A stretch of DNA of 60,500 nucleotides from contig JBAQKY010000025.1 of assembly GCA_049301455.1 (NCBI GenBank), forward strand, positions 1 to 60,500, read 5' to 3'. Source of the DNA: Microgenomates group bacterium. GTDB taxonomy: Bacteria > Patescibacteriota > Microgenomatia > UBA8517. Position 1 is the stretch's first letter. Each line of letters opens with the position of its first letter. A program made the translations under genes and the position numbers. The notes beneath the pieces are model-generated. The model did not search any database, was not told the DNA's origin, and saw only the letters and a program-made list of their open reading frames with translations. Positions 21,103 to 30,141 of this stretch are shown in pieces.

Positions 21103-21734
21103 TGAAAAAAAATACAAAAGCATTCACCCTTGTGGAACTAATGATTGTTATTGGTGTGATAGCTTTTTTGGCAGTGCTTATCTCTTCATATCTTCGAACG
21201 CAAATTTACAAAAGTTATGATGCAAGGAGAAAAGCTGAGATTAAAAGAATATCAATTGCAGTCGAAGAATACGAAAAAGATAATAATTGTTATCCCCTAC
21301 CAAGTGTTGTCGCTTGTACTGTTGGTACAGGGTTAAGGCCATATCTTGATAAAGTTCCTTGCGATCCTGTAACTGGTGCTTCATATATGTATGAACATGA
21401 AGATTCTACTTGTCCTAGATGGTATAAAATATATTCCGTTTTGGATAATGAATCAGATAGTGATTACACTGCAAACATTGGACCCAATGCTGCATATAGT
21501 TTTGTTTTGGAGAGTCCAAATGCGCCAATAACTGTACCTGCTGAAGGAGGCGGAAACGCTGGTGGTGGAGGTGGTGTTCCAGATACTGACTTCTATGGTT
21601 GCTTTAGCGGTGTTTGTACATTGATACAATGGGATACAAATAGGCCCGGTCCTTCATGTGATCCAAATTATCAAAACTCTACATGCTATGGCCAATGCTC
21701 AAATCCTGCAAACGAGTGTGCATCTTGGAATTAA
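21102..21734 (+). CDS. Type IV pilin-like protein with a Gly-rich linker and Cys-rich C-terminus
   Basis: MKKNTKA|FTLVELMIVIGVIAF (Ala at -1). The start overlaps the pilD stop (TAATG). Contains AEGGGNAGGGGGVPD and 8 Cys. Confidence 0.8.
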   Translation: MKKNTKAFTLVELMIVIGVIAFLAVLISSYLRTQIYKSYDARRKAEIKRISIAVEEYEKDNNCYPLPSVVACTVGTGLRPYLDKVPCDPVTGASYMYEHEDSTCPRWYKIYSVLDNESDSDYTANIGPNAAYSFVLESPNAPITVPAEGGGNAGGGGGVPDTDFYGCFSGVCTLIQWDTNRPGPSCDPNYQNSTCYGQCSNPANECASWN

Positions 21735-21745
21735 TATCTATTAAA

Positions 21746-22237
21746 ATGAAACCATTTTCAAAATCAGAATATAAATCAATTTTCTTAATACTTTCAATTT
21801 TGTTTGTGGTTGTTTTTGTCAACATGACTGTTTCAATCAGAAGAGGTAGAGATGCCACAAGGAAGGATGATATATCATATATTCAAAAGGCACTCGATAC
21901 TTTTTATCAAAAATATAGAGTCTATCCAAAATCAACTGATGATGGTCGAATAATTGGTTGTTTTAATGAAGAAATAAAATTAGATACTGCTGGTTTGCCA
22001 ACTAATGTAACAATTTGTGAATGGGGTGAATCTTCATTTGAAGAAATAAAAACTATGCCTAGAGACCCAAGAGCAGATCGTGGTACAAATTATAGATATA
22101 TATCAGACGGTGTTGGTTATTCATTTTATTTAGCACTTGAAGGTGAAGATGAAGCTGAATACACGGTTTCAATCTATAATCAAAACTTGCAATGTGGTAA
22201 TCAAATATGCAATTATGGAAGAGTAGTAGAAAAATGA
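21746..22237 (+). CDS. Pilin/pseudopilin-like protein lacking the G|FTLxE cleavage motif
   Basis: An N-terminal TM segment is followed by RRGRDATRKDDISYIQKALDTFYQKY, the same helix motif as neighbouring pilins. There is no Gly-Phe-Thr-Leu-x-Glu. Confidence 0.6.
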   Translation: MKPFSKSEYKSIFLILSILFVVVFVNMTVSIRRGRDATRKDDISYIQKALDTFYQKYRVYPKSTDDGRIIGCFNEEIKLDTAGLPTNVTICEWGESSFEEIKTMPRDPRADRGTNYRYISDGVGYSFYLALEGEDEAEYTVSIYNQNLQCGNQICNYGRVVEK

Positions 22238-22752
22238 AAACAAATAAGCATAGCTTGCCACTTCGTGGTAAAAACGGATTCACTCTTGTCGAACTTCTTG
22301 TCGTAATGTCTATCATAGGTGTACTAGCAGCACTTGCTGTAGGAAGCTTTAGAACTGCACAAATGAGAGGTAGAGATGCAACTAGAAAATCTGATTTAAA
22401 ACAAATTTCAAATGCACTTGAACTTTTCTATGCAGATTATGGAAGATACCCAGCAGCATCAGGTGGAATGATATCTGCTTGTAGCTACAATCCGACATTG
22501 GGAACTGGAACTAGTTGTAGCTGGGGTACAGGTGAGTTTACTGACGGCAAAACAGTTTATTTTAAAGTTTTGCCAGATGATCCAACAGATTCATATTCAT
22601 ATACCTATGAAATTGTTTCTGGTTCAAACAATCAAAAGTATAAATTATTTGCCAAACTTGAAAACACTGAAGACCAAGATTGTTTAGATGGAAATTGTGC
22701 AACGAATCCTAACTTTGCAGTAACCAGTGCAAACACTAGTGCAAGTGAGTAG
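22234..22752 (+). CDS. Type IV pilin-like protein
   Basis: ...LRGKNG|FTLVELLVVMSIIGVLAALA followed by RGRDATRKSDLKQISNALELFY. ATGA overlap with the preceding gene. Confidence 0.85.
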   Translation: MKTNKHSLPLRGKNGFTLVELLVVMSIIGVLAALAVGSFRTAQMRGRDATRKSDLKQISNALELFYADYGRYPAASGGMISACSYNPTLGTGTSCSWGTGEFTDGKTVYFKVLPDDPTDSYSYTYEIVSGSNNQKYKLFAKLENTEDQDCLDGNCATNPNFAVTSANTSASE

Positions 22753-22777
22753 CTAGTATGTGATATATTTAATAAAG

Positions 22778-23215
22778 ATGAAAATACAAAAAGGTTTTAT
22801 AGCACAAGCTGGATTCACTCTGATCGAGTTGCTAGTCGTAGTTTCGCTTATCGGTGTTCTTGCAACTTTAGTAATTGCAAACATGAATTCAGCTAGAGAA
22901 CGTGCAAGAGATGCACAAAGAAAGTCAGATTTAAGAAATATTCAAACAGGTTTACGACTTTATTATAATGATAATGGTGGTTACCCCCTAAAGGCTGTGC
23001 TTGACTCGTTTTGGGATATTGAATGGTCTGATAATGGGGTTACATATATGAACGTATTACCTAATGATCCCCTAGCCCCAACACAAGTTTATACTTATAC
23101 ATACACAGACTCAGAAACATACACCATTAAAGCATGTTTAGAAAATAAATCTGATGATAAGGCAGTAGTTGATGCAACTTGTCCTAGTGGATATAAATAT
23201 GAAGTAAAACCATAA
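22778..23215 (+). CDS. Type IV pilin-like protein with a duplicated G-F leader motif
   Basis: MKIQKGFIAQAG|FTLIELLVVVSLIGVLATL followed by ARERARDAQRKSDLRNIQ. Confidence 0.85.
   Translation: MKIQKGFIAQAGFTLIELLVVVSLIGVLATLVIANMNSARERARDAQRKSDLRNIQTGLRLYYNDNGGYPLKAVLDSFWDIEWSDNGVTYMNVLPNDPLAPTQVYTYTYTDSETYTIKACLENKSDDKAVVDATCPSGYKYEVKP
22784..22818 (+). repeat. 35-nt exact repeat, copy 1 (pilin leader region)
   Basis: atacaaaaaggttttatagcacaagctggattcac is identical to 23715-23749. Confidence 0.9.
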
Positions 23216-23217
23216 TT

Positions 23218-23700
23218 ATGAAAAAAATACAAAAGGGTTTCACCTTAATTGAGATGCTTGTAGTTATTTCGCTTATTGGAATTTTGGCTGCATTGGCCTT
23301 AGTTTCTTTTGGAGCATCACAAAAGCAAGCAAGAGATACAACAAGAAAATCAGATCTAAGACAATATCAAACTGCTTTAGAAATGTATGGTAATTTAACA
23401 AATGGGTTGTTTCCATCAAGAACTGCTGCAAGCTCAGCTTACTCTACGCTTTGTACAGATTTAAATGTACGACTTGAGCCTGATATCACTTGCTCAGAAG
23501 ATCCAAAAGTGCCATCTGATGCTACCTATTACACATATAAATATATTTCTAATGGAACATCTGGAACTGCATCTGCAACAACATATGTTATTTGGGGAAA
23601 AATAGAAAATAGTTCAACAACGAAATATTGGGTAGTTTGTTCAAATGGCAAAATTGGTGAAAGTACAACTGCACCGTCGTCTGGGACTTGTCCAATTTAA
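23218..23700 (+). CDS. Type IV pilin-like protein
   Basis: MKKIQKG|FTLIEMLVVISLIGILAALA followed by QKQARDTTRKSDLRQYQTALEMY. Confidence 0.85.
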   Translation: MKKIQKGFTLIEMLVVISLIGILAALALVSFGASQKQARDTTRKSDLRQYQTALEMYGNLTNGLFPSRTAASSAYSTLCTDLNVRLEPDITCSEDPKVPSDATYYTYKYISNGTSGTASATTYVIWGKIENSSTTKYWVVCSNGKIGESTTAPSSGTCPI

Positions 23701-23705
23701 AATAT

Positions 23706-24158
23706 ATGACAAAGATACAAAAAGGTTTTATAGCACAAGCTGGATTCACATTGATTGAGCTTTTAGTAGTTATTTCTATCATTGGTGTACTTGCTGCTGT
23801 TTCAATCTTTGGGCTTTCTGGTGCAAGAGAATCTTCTAGAGATGCAAGAAGAAAGTCAGATCTTGAACTGATAAAGTCAGGGCTTGAGTTGTACCGTGCA
23901 GATTGTAATGTCTACCCTAGCTCATTAAGTACAACATTGGTTGGTAGTGGAACTCCTACTGCGTGTGCAGTTACAAATACATATATAAACGCTGTACCTA
24001 CTGATCCAATTCCTGCTTCAAAGTCATATAGATATGCAACAACCGCATCTGGATATGAGATATGTGCCTCACTTGAACAGTCCGGATTATCAACAGTTAC
24101 TTGTGGTGGATCTTCAAATTGTGGTACAAGTTGTAACTACAAGATTACAAATCCCTAG
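23706..24158 (+). CDS. Type IV pilin-like protein with a duplicated G-F leader motif
   Basis: MTKIQKGFIAQAG|FTLIELLVVISIIGVLAAV followed by ARESSRDARRKSDLELIK. Confidence 0.85.
   Translation: MTKIQKGFIAQAGFTLIELLVVISIIGVLAAVSIFGLSGARESSRDARRKSDLELIKSGLELYRADCNVYPSSLSTTLVGSGTPTACAVTNTYINAVPTDPIPASKSYRYATTASGYEICASLEQSGLSTVTCGGSSNCGTSCNYKITNP
23715..23749 (+). repeat. 35-nt exact repeat, copy 2 (pilin leader region)
   Basis: Identical to 22784-22818. Synonymous positions diverge immediately downstream. Confidence 0.9.
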
Positions 24159-24192
24159 ATTAGTATATCGAATTTAGTATATAGTATATATT

Positions 24193-24669
24193 ATGAAAAC
24201 TGCCAATAACTTCAAGGGCTATACTCTAGTGGAGCTACTAATTGGAATTACAATTGTTTCAATAGTTTTTGGTGTTGGACTTGCAGGCTACAGAGAATTT
24301 TCAAGAAGGCAGGCCTTAACAGGTGTTTCAAAACAGTTAAAAGCCGATTTAAGATTAGCACAACAACTTGCTTTAACTGGGCAAAAGCCAGACAGTGTTT
24401 CTTGTGACACTCTTGATGGATACATTTTCTCTAGAGTCGACGCCTATACTTACAGGTTATCTGCAGATTGTGCAGGAATTGCAACACCATATGTCTATAA
24501 AGAAGTTAATTTAGGTAGTGATATCACAATTTCATCAACCAATGCCAGTTTTATGTTTAAAGTTCTAGGACAGGGTACTGATCTGGTGGCAAGTAACACA
24601 CTCACTTTAACACATACGTCAGGCAACCAAAATATTATGGTTGTGGGTGTCGGTGGAGATGTAAGATAA
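24193..24669 (+). CDS. Minor pilin / pseudopilin (GspH/FimT-like)
   Basis: MKTANNFKG|YTLVELLIGITIVSIVFG followed by YREFSRRQAL. Confidence 0.75.
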   Translation: MKTANNFKGYTLVELLIGITIVSIVFGVGLAGYREFSRRQALTGVSKQLKADLRLAQQLALTGQKPDSVSCDTLDGYIFSRVDAYTYRLSADCAGIATPYVYKEVNLGSDITISSTNASFMFKVLGQGTDLVASNTLTLTHTSGNQNIMVVGVGGDVR

Positions 24670-24692
24670 TTTAAAATATAAATAATAATAAA

Positions 24693-25157
24693 ATGAAACA
24701 AAAAAGGTTAAATCTAAAGGGTCAATCAATGTTTGAAGTTGTTTTGGCACTTTTTATAATAACGATGATTACAGTTGCTGTTGTTTTACTGTCTACGAAG
24801 TCGATTTCTAACTCTCTTTTCTCAAGAAGTAAAACACAAGCTTCAAGATATTCTCAAGAAGCAATTGAATGGCTTAGAGATCAAAGAGAAACCAACTTAG
24901 ATACATTTTCAACGTATACTACTACTCCAATTTATTGTTTAAATTCAAACCCGCCAAGCTTTGCAAATTCTGGTGCTTGTTCTTCTGCTGAATTAATACC
25001 TAACACAATTTATAAAAGACAAGTAACTTTTGAAACAAGTACAATATCTGCCGGAATAACAATAATTGCAGCAACTGTTGTAACTTCTTGGGAAGATTCA
25101 AAGGGATACCATGAGGTTCGCGCAGTAACTGAGTTTAATGATATACGTCAAGAATAA
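24693..25157 (+). CDS. Minor pilin-like protein (PilV/GspI-like leader)
   Basis: ...LNLKGQS|MFEVVLALFIITMITVAVV, a degenerate class III signal. Confidence 0.6.
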   Translation: MKQKRLNLKGQSMFEVVLALFIITMITVAVVLLSTKSISNSLFSRSKTQASRYSQEAIEWLRDQRETNLDTFSTYTTTPIYCLNSNPPSFANSGACSSAELIPNTIYKRQVTFETSTISAGITIIAATVVTSWEDSKGYHEVRAVTEFNDIRQE

Positions 25158-25159
25158 TT

Positions 25160-25681
25160 ATGTTAAAAAATAAACAAAATATTATAAATATAAATAAGAA
25201 CAACACAAAGGGATTCTCCCTAGTTGAAATTTTAATTGTTGTTACAATTTTTGCTGTGATTGGGCTTCTTGCAACAAGATCCATATTTTTAACAATTAGA
25301 GGAGCAAAGAAAAGCGACTCGTTAGTTAGAGTCAGAGAAAATGTTAACTTTTCATTATCTGTTATTGAACGGCAACTCAGAAATTCAGAGAGTGTGACAT
25401 GTCCTAATGCATCCACAAGCACTTTGAATTATATTTCCATTGAAGGTACCTCAACTACGTTTAGTTGTGTCACTGCAGGGACGGATAAATATATTGCCTC
25501 AGGTTCTGCAAGACTAACTTCTGCTGACATTTCAGTTACAAGCTGTTCTTTTTCCTGCACTGTTGGGACTAATACACCGCCAACTGTAAAGATTGCAATT
25601 GAAGCGGAAGATAGCGAATCAACAAGCGTAGAAAAAGGTTCAGTTTCTGCCCAAACCCAAATAGTTGTAAGAAATTATTAA
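25160..25681 (+). CDS. Minor pilin-like protein (PilW/GspJ-like)
   Basis: ...NKNNTKG|FSLVEILIVVTIFAVIGLLA. Confidence 0.7.
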   Translation: MLKNKQNIININKNNTKGFSLVEILIVVTIFAVIGLLATRSIFLTIRGAKKSDSLVRVRENVNFSLSVIERQLRNSESVTCPNASTSTLNYISIEGTSTTFSCVTAGTDKYIASGSARLTSADISVTSCSFSCTVGTNTPPTVKIAIEAEDSESTSVEKGSVSAQTQIVVRNY

Positions 25682-25737
25682 ATGTTTATTTAGCTCATGG
25701 GTCTAAGCTTCACTTTAGAAGTTTGTCATAATGTTAA

Positions 25738-27357
25738 TTATGGAGCAATCTCAGCCCACTTTGTTCTTTTGTATCTTAAATTGTCTGGGAATAGAAGAAC
25801 TTGGTCAGGTGCAAATTCAAATAACTCTGCTGGGTTTGTGTTGTTGGTCAGATCTCTACTGAGAGTTACGCCTCCATGAGAGACAATTGACCCTCTAACG
25901 TGTAACGGTAAAGTTGAGGCACCACTACTAAATCCTAAATCTGTTAAATAAATACCTTCAATAGATGGCGCACCTGTTACTGCAGGATCAACAACTATGT
26001 TACCTTCAACAAACGTTCCAAAGAAACCGGTTCCAGCCGAAGTATTTGATAGATTTACTCTCCCGTTTATTCCAAGTCCTCCATTTTCAACAAATAATAT
26101 TACTTTTCTTGTACCAAAGTTAATATCACTTGCAATAGTTAAACTGCCATCAGATTTGAACCATTCATATTCGCTACCTGTTATTTTATAACCTGTTGAG
26201 TTTCTCAATGAGTCATCAGTCGCGATAGTTATGTTGTCTCTAACTGACTCAGGAATCAAATTGTCAAAATATTGATAGTTAAACAAACGTGGTTGTATTG
26301 TTGTGGTATTTGCATTCCATGATGTAGTTGATATTTTTGTTGTTCCAGCTAGATTAAATGTTGTTCCATATGTTACAACACCTGGGAAACCACCTAACCC
26401 AATTGAATTAAATAACTGGCCAGTAGGAACATCTGATGAAATTCCATTGTTTGTGGTTAGATCTGCATCTTTAGCTTGCCACCATGGTCCTGGATTGATT
26501 GTAAAAGTCCAAGGAGGAGCACTATCTGTAAATCCTTGTCCATTGCTGGCTCTGACCTTCCAATAATAAGTTAGTCCTGCTGTTCCGTTAAAGGGAACAG
26601 ATCCAACTGTCGAGGCTACTATACCCATTGAAGACATTGACGCAGCAGAAGTTCCAATAAAAACTTCAAACGTTCTGTTGTTGGTAGCACAACTTGTGCC
26701 CCAAGTCATGTTTGTAGTGCTCCATGTAAGATTGGGAGTTGTTGTTGCAATGGTTGATCCGTTTGTTGGTGATAACTGTTGTGGTGCAGATGCTGCAACA
26801 GGCGTACATGTAGATATGCAGTTGTATGTAACCAGATTCCAACTAACACATTCTGGTTGCGGATCTGTGCAATCTCTACACATTTTATCTGGATTATTAC
26901 GTGTTCCACAATTATACCAATCAGTACACTCTCTAGGTTCAGTATAGGTGCGACAACATGAACCTTGTGCTTGTGCACTACCTATCCCATTACAAGTGTT
27001 TCCACCACATACAGAACTGACAACAGTTGTACCTCTAACAGAATTGGCCGGGCAATCAGTTCTTGGTACTGTAGGGGTGCATTCTCCTCCACCAGGTCTT
27101 GGGGTTTGTGTTCCGCTACCTCCTAAACAAACATCTCCAACACAATATTGAGGAGATACACAGGTAACATTTGAAAAACAACCAACTTGTTCACAGGTGC
27201 CTGTCAAGTTGGTGGGAGATAGTCCAATACATTGGTAACCACTGGGACAAGGATCTGACGCTGAACAGGCGGATACAATGTTTATAAATTTTGGGACAGT
27301 CATTATCAGTAAAAAAAATGTGAATACGATTGACAATATGGATACTAATTTATTCAT
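25738..27357 (-). CDS. Secreted or anchored Cys-rich protein with an Fn3-like module, 539 aa
   Basis: N-terminal signal anchor, many Cys in the N-terminal third (about 30 by eye), and an Fn3-like stretch (LSPTNGSTI...LTWS...YYWKVRASNGQG...WTF). Convergent with the pilin operon. Confidence 0.75.
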   Translation of the reverse strand: MNKLVSILSIVFTFFLLIMTVPKFINIVSACSASDPCPSGYQCIGLSPTNLTGTCEQVGCFSNVTCVSPQYCVGDVCLGGSGTQTPRPGGGECTPTVPRTDCPANSVRGTTVVSSVCGGNTCNGIGSAQAQGSCCRTYTEPRECTDWYNCGTRNNPDKMCRDCTDPQPECVSWNLVTYNCISTCTPVAASAPQQLSPTNGSTIATTTPNLTWSTTNMTWGTSCATNNRTFEVFIGTSAASMSSMGIVASTVGSVPFNGTAGLTYYWKVRASNGQGFTDSAPPWTFTINPGPWWQAKDADLTTNNGISSDVPTGQLFNSIGLGGFPGVVTYGTTFNLAGTTKISTTSWNANTTTIQPRLFNYQYFDNLIPESVRDNITIATDDSLRNSTGYKITGSEYEWFKSDGSLTIASDINFGTRKVILFVENGGLGINGRVNLSNTSAGTGFFGTFVEGNIVVDPAVTGAPSIEGIYLTDLGFSSGASTLPLHVRGSIVSHGGVTLSRDLTNNTNPAELFEFAPDQVLLFPDNLRYKRTKWAEIAP

Positions 27358-27361
27358 TGGT

Positions 27362-28129
27362 TTATTGTATTAAAACAAGTTTAATCATCGAAGGTATTTC
27401 TTCAATTTCTTCAGTAAACGTGGAACTCTCTTGTATACTTTTTACCAAATTAAACGAATTTATTTTTATTTTTTTTTGTGTTTTGTACCAGTTGCAATAC
27501 TTTTCAAAATTTGGATATCTGTTATTACATGATGTATCTGATTGATATGCTAAAACAGGAGATGCAAAATTATTAAGCGACGGGTCAAAAATAAAATCAA
27601 CATATCGATGACCTTCGTCATTTGTAGAAAATAGTGTTTCCTTGTTTGTAATAAGTGGTATGAAGACTTCTGATCCGTCCATATTTTTAAGCTCTTGAAT
27701 TAATAGTGTGTATTTATCTCCATAAAGACTGGTCTCAAAGATTGCAACTATGTGAAATGGGTAAGACTGTGGAATAGTCCTGTCAACGGAGACTTCTTTT
27801 CCGAGTTTTGGAATGGGGTAATTTAGTCCTTTTTGCTCGAATAACTCATCGTTTATAAAATAATATTCCTCAATTAGTTTTGTATCTGTCAAAAGGATGT
27901 CTATGTTTCCCTTCTTTTTTTCTTGTCTTAAAAATTCGGATAAATTTCCATTAGTTATATCGGTCCATCTTAAAAACGGGTAATTATTAACATTTTGTAT
28001 GTCTTGATTTATTCTGAATTGACTGGATCGGAAACCATACAAGTTGTATTGTCTTATTGTTGCCCCAACCGAAATTGTAACGATAATAATAATTAATATT
28101 GCCAATTTAGCGTGGCTAAACTTTAACAT
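27362..28129 (-). CDS. Hypothetical membrane-anchored protein, 255 aa
   Basis: N-terminal TM segment (LAILIIIIVTISVGA). Lies 4 nt upstream of the Cys-rich gene on the same strand. Confidence 0.6.
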   Translation of the reverse strand: MLKFSHAKLAILIIIIVTISVGATIRQYNLYGFRSSQFRINQDIQNVNNYPFLRWTDITNGNLSEFLRQEKKKGNIDILLTDTKLIEEYYFINDELFEQKGLNYPIPKLGKEVSVDRTIPQSYPFHIVAIFETSLYGDKYTLLIQELKNMDGSEVFIPLITNKETLFSTNDEGHRYVDFIFDPSLNNFASPVLAYQSDTSCNNRYPNFEKYCNWYKTQKKIKINSFNLVKSIQESSTFTEEIEEIPSMIKLVLIQ

Positions 28130-28203
28130 AATCTATTATTACACCTTTTACAATAAATGTGAAGCGTTTTGTAATCAAGGACTTTGTTTCGTGTAGTCCT
28201 TTG

Positions 28204-29880
28204 TTAATCTATTTTGGTACCGCTTGCAAAAACAACTGGTGTCCTAGTGCTATTTAAGATACCTGTTTTACAAAAATTATCATGCAGTGTGTACATTTCA
28301 GTTGTCATAAAATTACCATGATCATTAACCAATTGTGTATAACCATCTGGATTAATGTACCAAATAAATGCGTTATCTTGAAATGCTTTTGTGCTTTTAC
28401 AAAATGCTCCTGAAGGCATATATTTGTTTGTATTGTAACCATACAAAGCTCCGGAGTTCATAAAGTTTGCATTACTAGAGTTTGCCGGTAGTATTACATA
28501 TCTATATCTTAATCCTTCGCTGGTTGTCCATCTTTCAACTACTATATCACCTGCTATTTTTCTATTTTTGTCGTCAAATTTATATACCGCCAATACTTGA
28601 ATAGGCATTTCCTTAGGTTTTCTCTTTGTTCCATTTCCATTATCCGCGTTATGTTCTGTGTTTAATTCCAAAACTGATATTGTTCCATGAGTCTTCATTA
28701 TTAACTCACCCTTTAAAAAAGGTATTTCTTCATCTGTTGGTCTTGTCGACCGCCCTTTGCTTTCAAGGTTTGCTACTGTAATATCTAGTTTTCCATCAAA
28801 CACATTATCAAGTGGAATAGTTATTGAAGGTTTAAGTAAATCAAATTTCTTTGTCACCTCAGGTATTAATTTTAAAGACTCGGCATCAAATATCCATGCC
28901 ACACCGTCCTCGTCTTTAAGCGAGAATCCGTTGTCATTAAGTGTTAAAGCGCTAATAAAAGTTGAATTAGACAAGATATATTGTTCTGCATAATCTGCCA
29001 TCATTTCACTTTTGTAGGATACAGTTGCAGATCCATCTGCATTAATTTTTATGCCTTCAACTGTTTCAACAGTATCATCCTCTTTTTTGTATTTAACAGA
29101 TCCATCAGGTTCAAGTGAATATTTAGTTCCTTTGAATTTATCTAGTAGGTTCTTAAATTCCTCACTCACAGGTACAAGTTCTGCTATAACTTTTTTGAGA
29201 CCTTCAGGAGCTAATTTAATGTCTTTTACTGTGAATGCTTCTTGTGAATATGGTTCATAGGCAGTTATATTTTGTGTTCCATCGCTATTATTTTTAATAG
29301 TGAACATGGGAACAGTCAACTGTATATTTTCGAAATCTACAAGTTTGCCTAAGCCAAAATTAATAGTATCTGATCCTTCTTGTTGAAATGGAAAGATTGG
29401 AAAAAATCTACCCCTTGCGTCATTGTTGGTTTGATTGACAGGAACAAATGATAAATTTTGTTCGTCAAAAGCGGTATACATGAACGGTTGTTTATTACCT
29501 TTAACACCATCTATAATAGGAGTTATGTAAGCAATTATTGTGGGTACTTCTAAACCTGTCTGATCTTGAAATGCAATTCCTGTGTATTCTACTTTGACAT
29601 TGTCGTTGTTCCAGCCCATTTCTAGCGCTGCCTTTTTCATTGCCTCTGCATATGGATCAATTTCATCTTTAGTAAATTCACGAATTTCCTTTATTCGACC
29701 AAACAACTCTTTATTTAAAAACACATTACTATCGGGATGTATTTTCGAGATATCAACTCTTTCTGGAATAAATGCAGTTGGACTTTCGTTTGAATTTTGT
29801 TGAGGAGAACAGGCTGCTAATGCTGTACTTCCGGCAATAACGCCAGCTGCTTTTAGAAAATCCCGTCTTGTTATTTCCAT
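28204..29880 (-). CDS. Putative Tat-exported lipoprotein, 558 aa, from Met44 of the track ORF
   Basis: MEITRRDFLKAAGVIAGSTALAAC: a canonical twin-arginine motif (T-R-R-x-F-L-K) followed by a lipobox-like LAAC. Confidence 0.7.
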   Translation of the reverse strand: MEITRRDFLKAAGVIAGSTALAACSPQQNSNESPTAFIPERVDISKIHPDSNVFLNKELFGRIKEIREFTKDEIDPYAEAMKKAALEMGWNNDNVKVEYTGIAFQDQTGLEVPTIIAYITPIIDGVKGNKQPFMYTAFDEQNLSFVPVNQTNNDARGRFFPIFPFQQEGSDTINFGLGKLVDFENIQLTVPMFTIKNNSDGTQNITAYEPYSQEAFTVKDIKLAPEGLKKVIAELVPVSEEFKNLLDKFKGTKYSLEPDGSVKYKKEDDTVETVEGIKINADGSATVSYKSEMMADYAEQYILSNSTFISALTLNDNGFSLKDEDGVAWIFDAESLKLIPEVTKKFDLLKPSITIPLDNVFDGKLDITVANLESKGRSTRPTDEEIPFLKGELIMKTHGTISVLELNTEHNADNGNGTKRKPKEMPIQVLAVYKFDDKNRKIAGDIVVERWTTSEGLRYRYVILPANSSNANFMNSGALYGYNTNKYMPSGAFCKSTKAFQDNAFIWYINPDGYTQLVNDHGNFMTTEMYTLHDNFCKTGILNSTRTPVVFASGTKID

Positions 29881-30141
29881 GTTTATTTTTAAAGTTAAAT
29901 TTGCTGCTGTTGCTTTTCCTATAATAAACTCAGTTTTAATTCTTGATCCAATTCTTTGTAACACTTTTTCCATACCCCAGATTCTAACTAATACTCTAGG
30001 ATATTTCAATCATTTAATATACTACAGGATACATTTTTGTTTGTCAAGTGAGTAGAGGTGAGGTCAGAATATAGGCTGAGTTTGAATTGGGAATATTTTT
30101 TAATTATTCTCACGTAATTTATTGTATCACATTTTTAAAAT

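Noticed and set aside
26303-27151. Nested ORFs on both strands inside the Cys-rich gene (26303..26566, 26678..26947, 26706..26978, 26779..26961, 26948..27151)
   Set aside because: They are all embedded in the 539-aa ORF and arise from its locally elevated G+C, which yields fewer stop codons. None has a start context or recognisable motifs.
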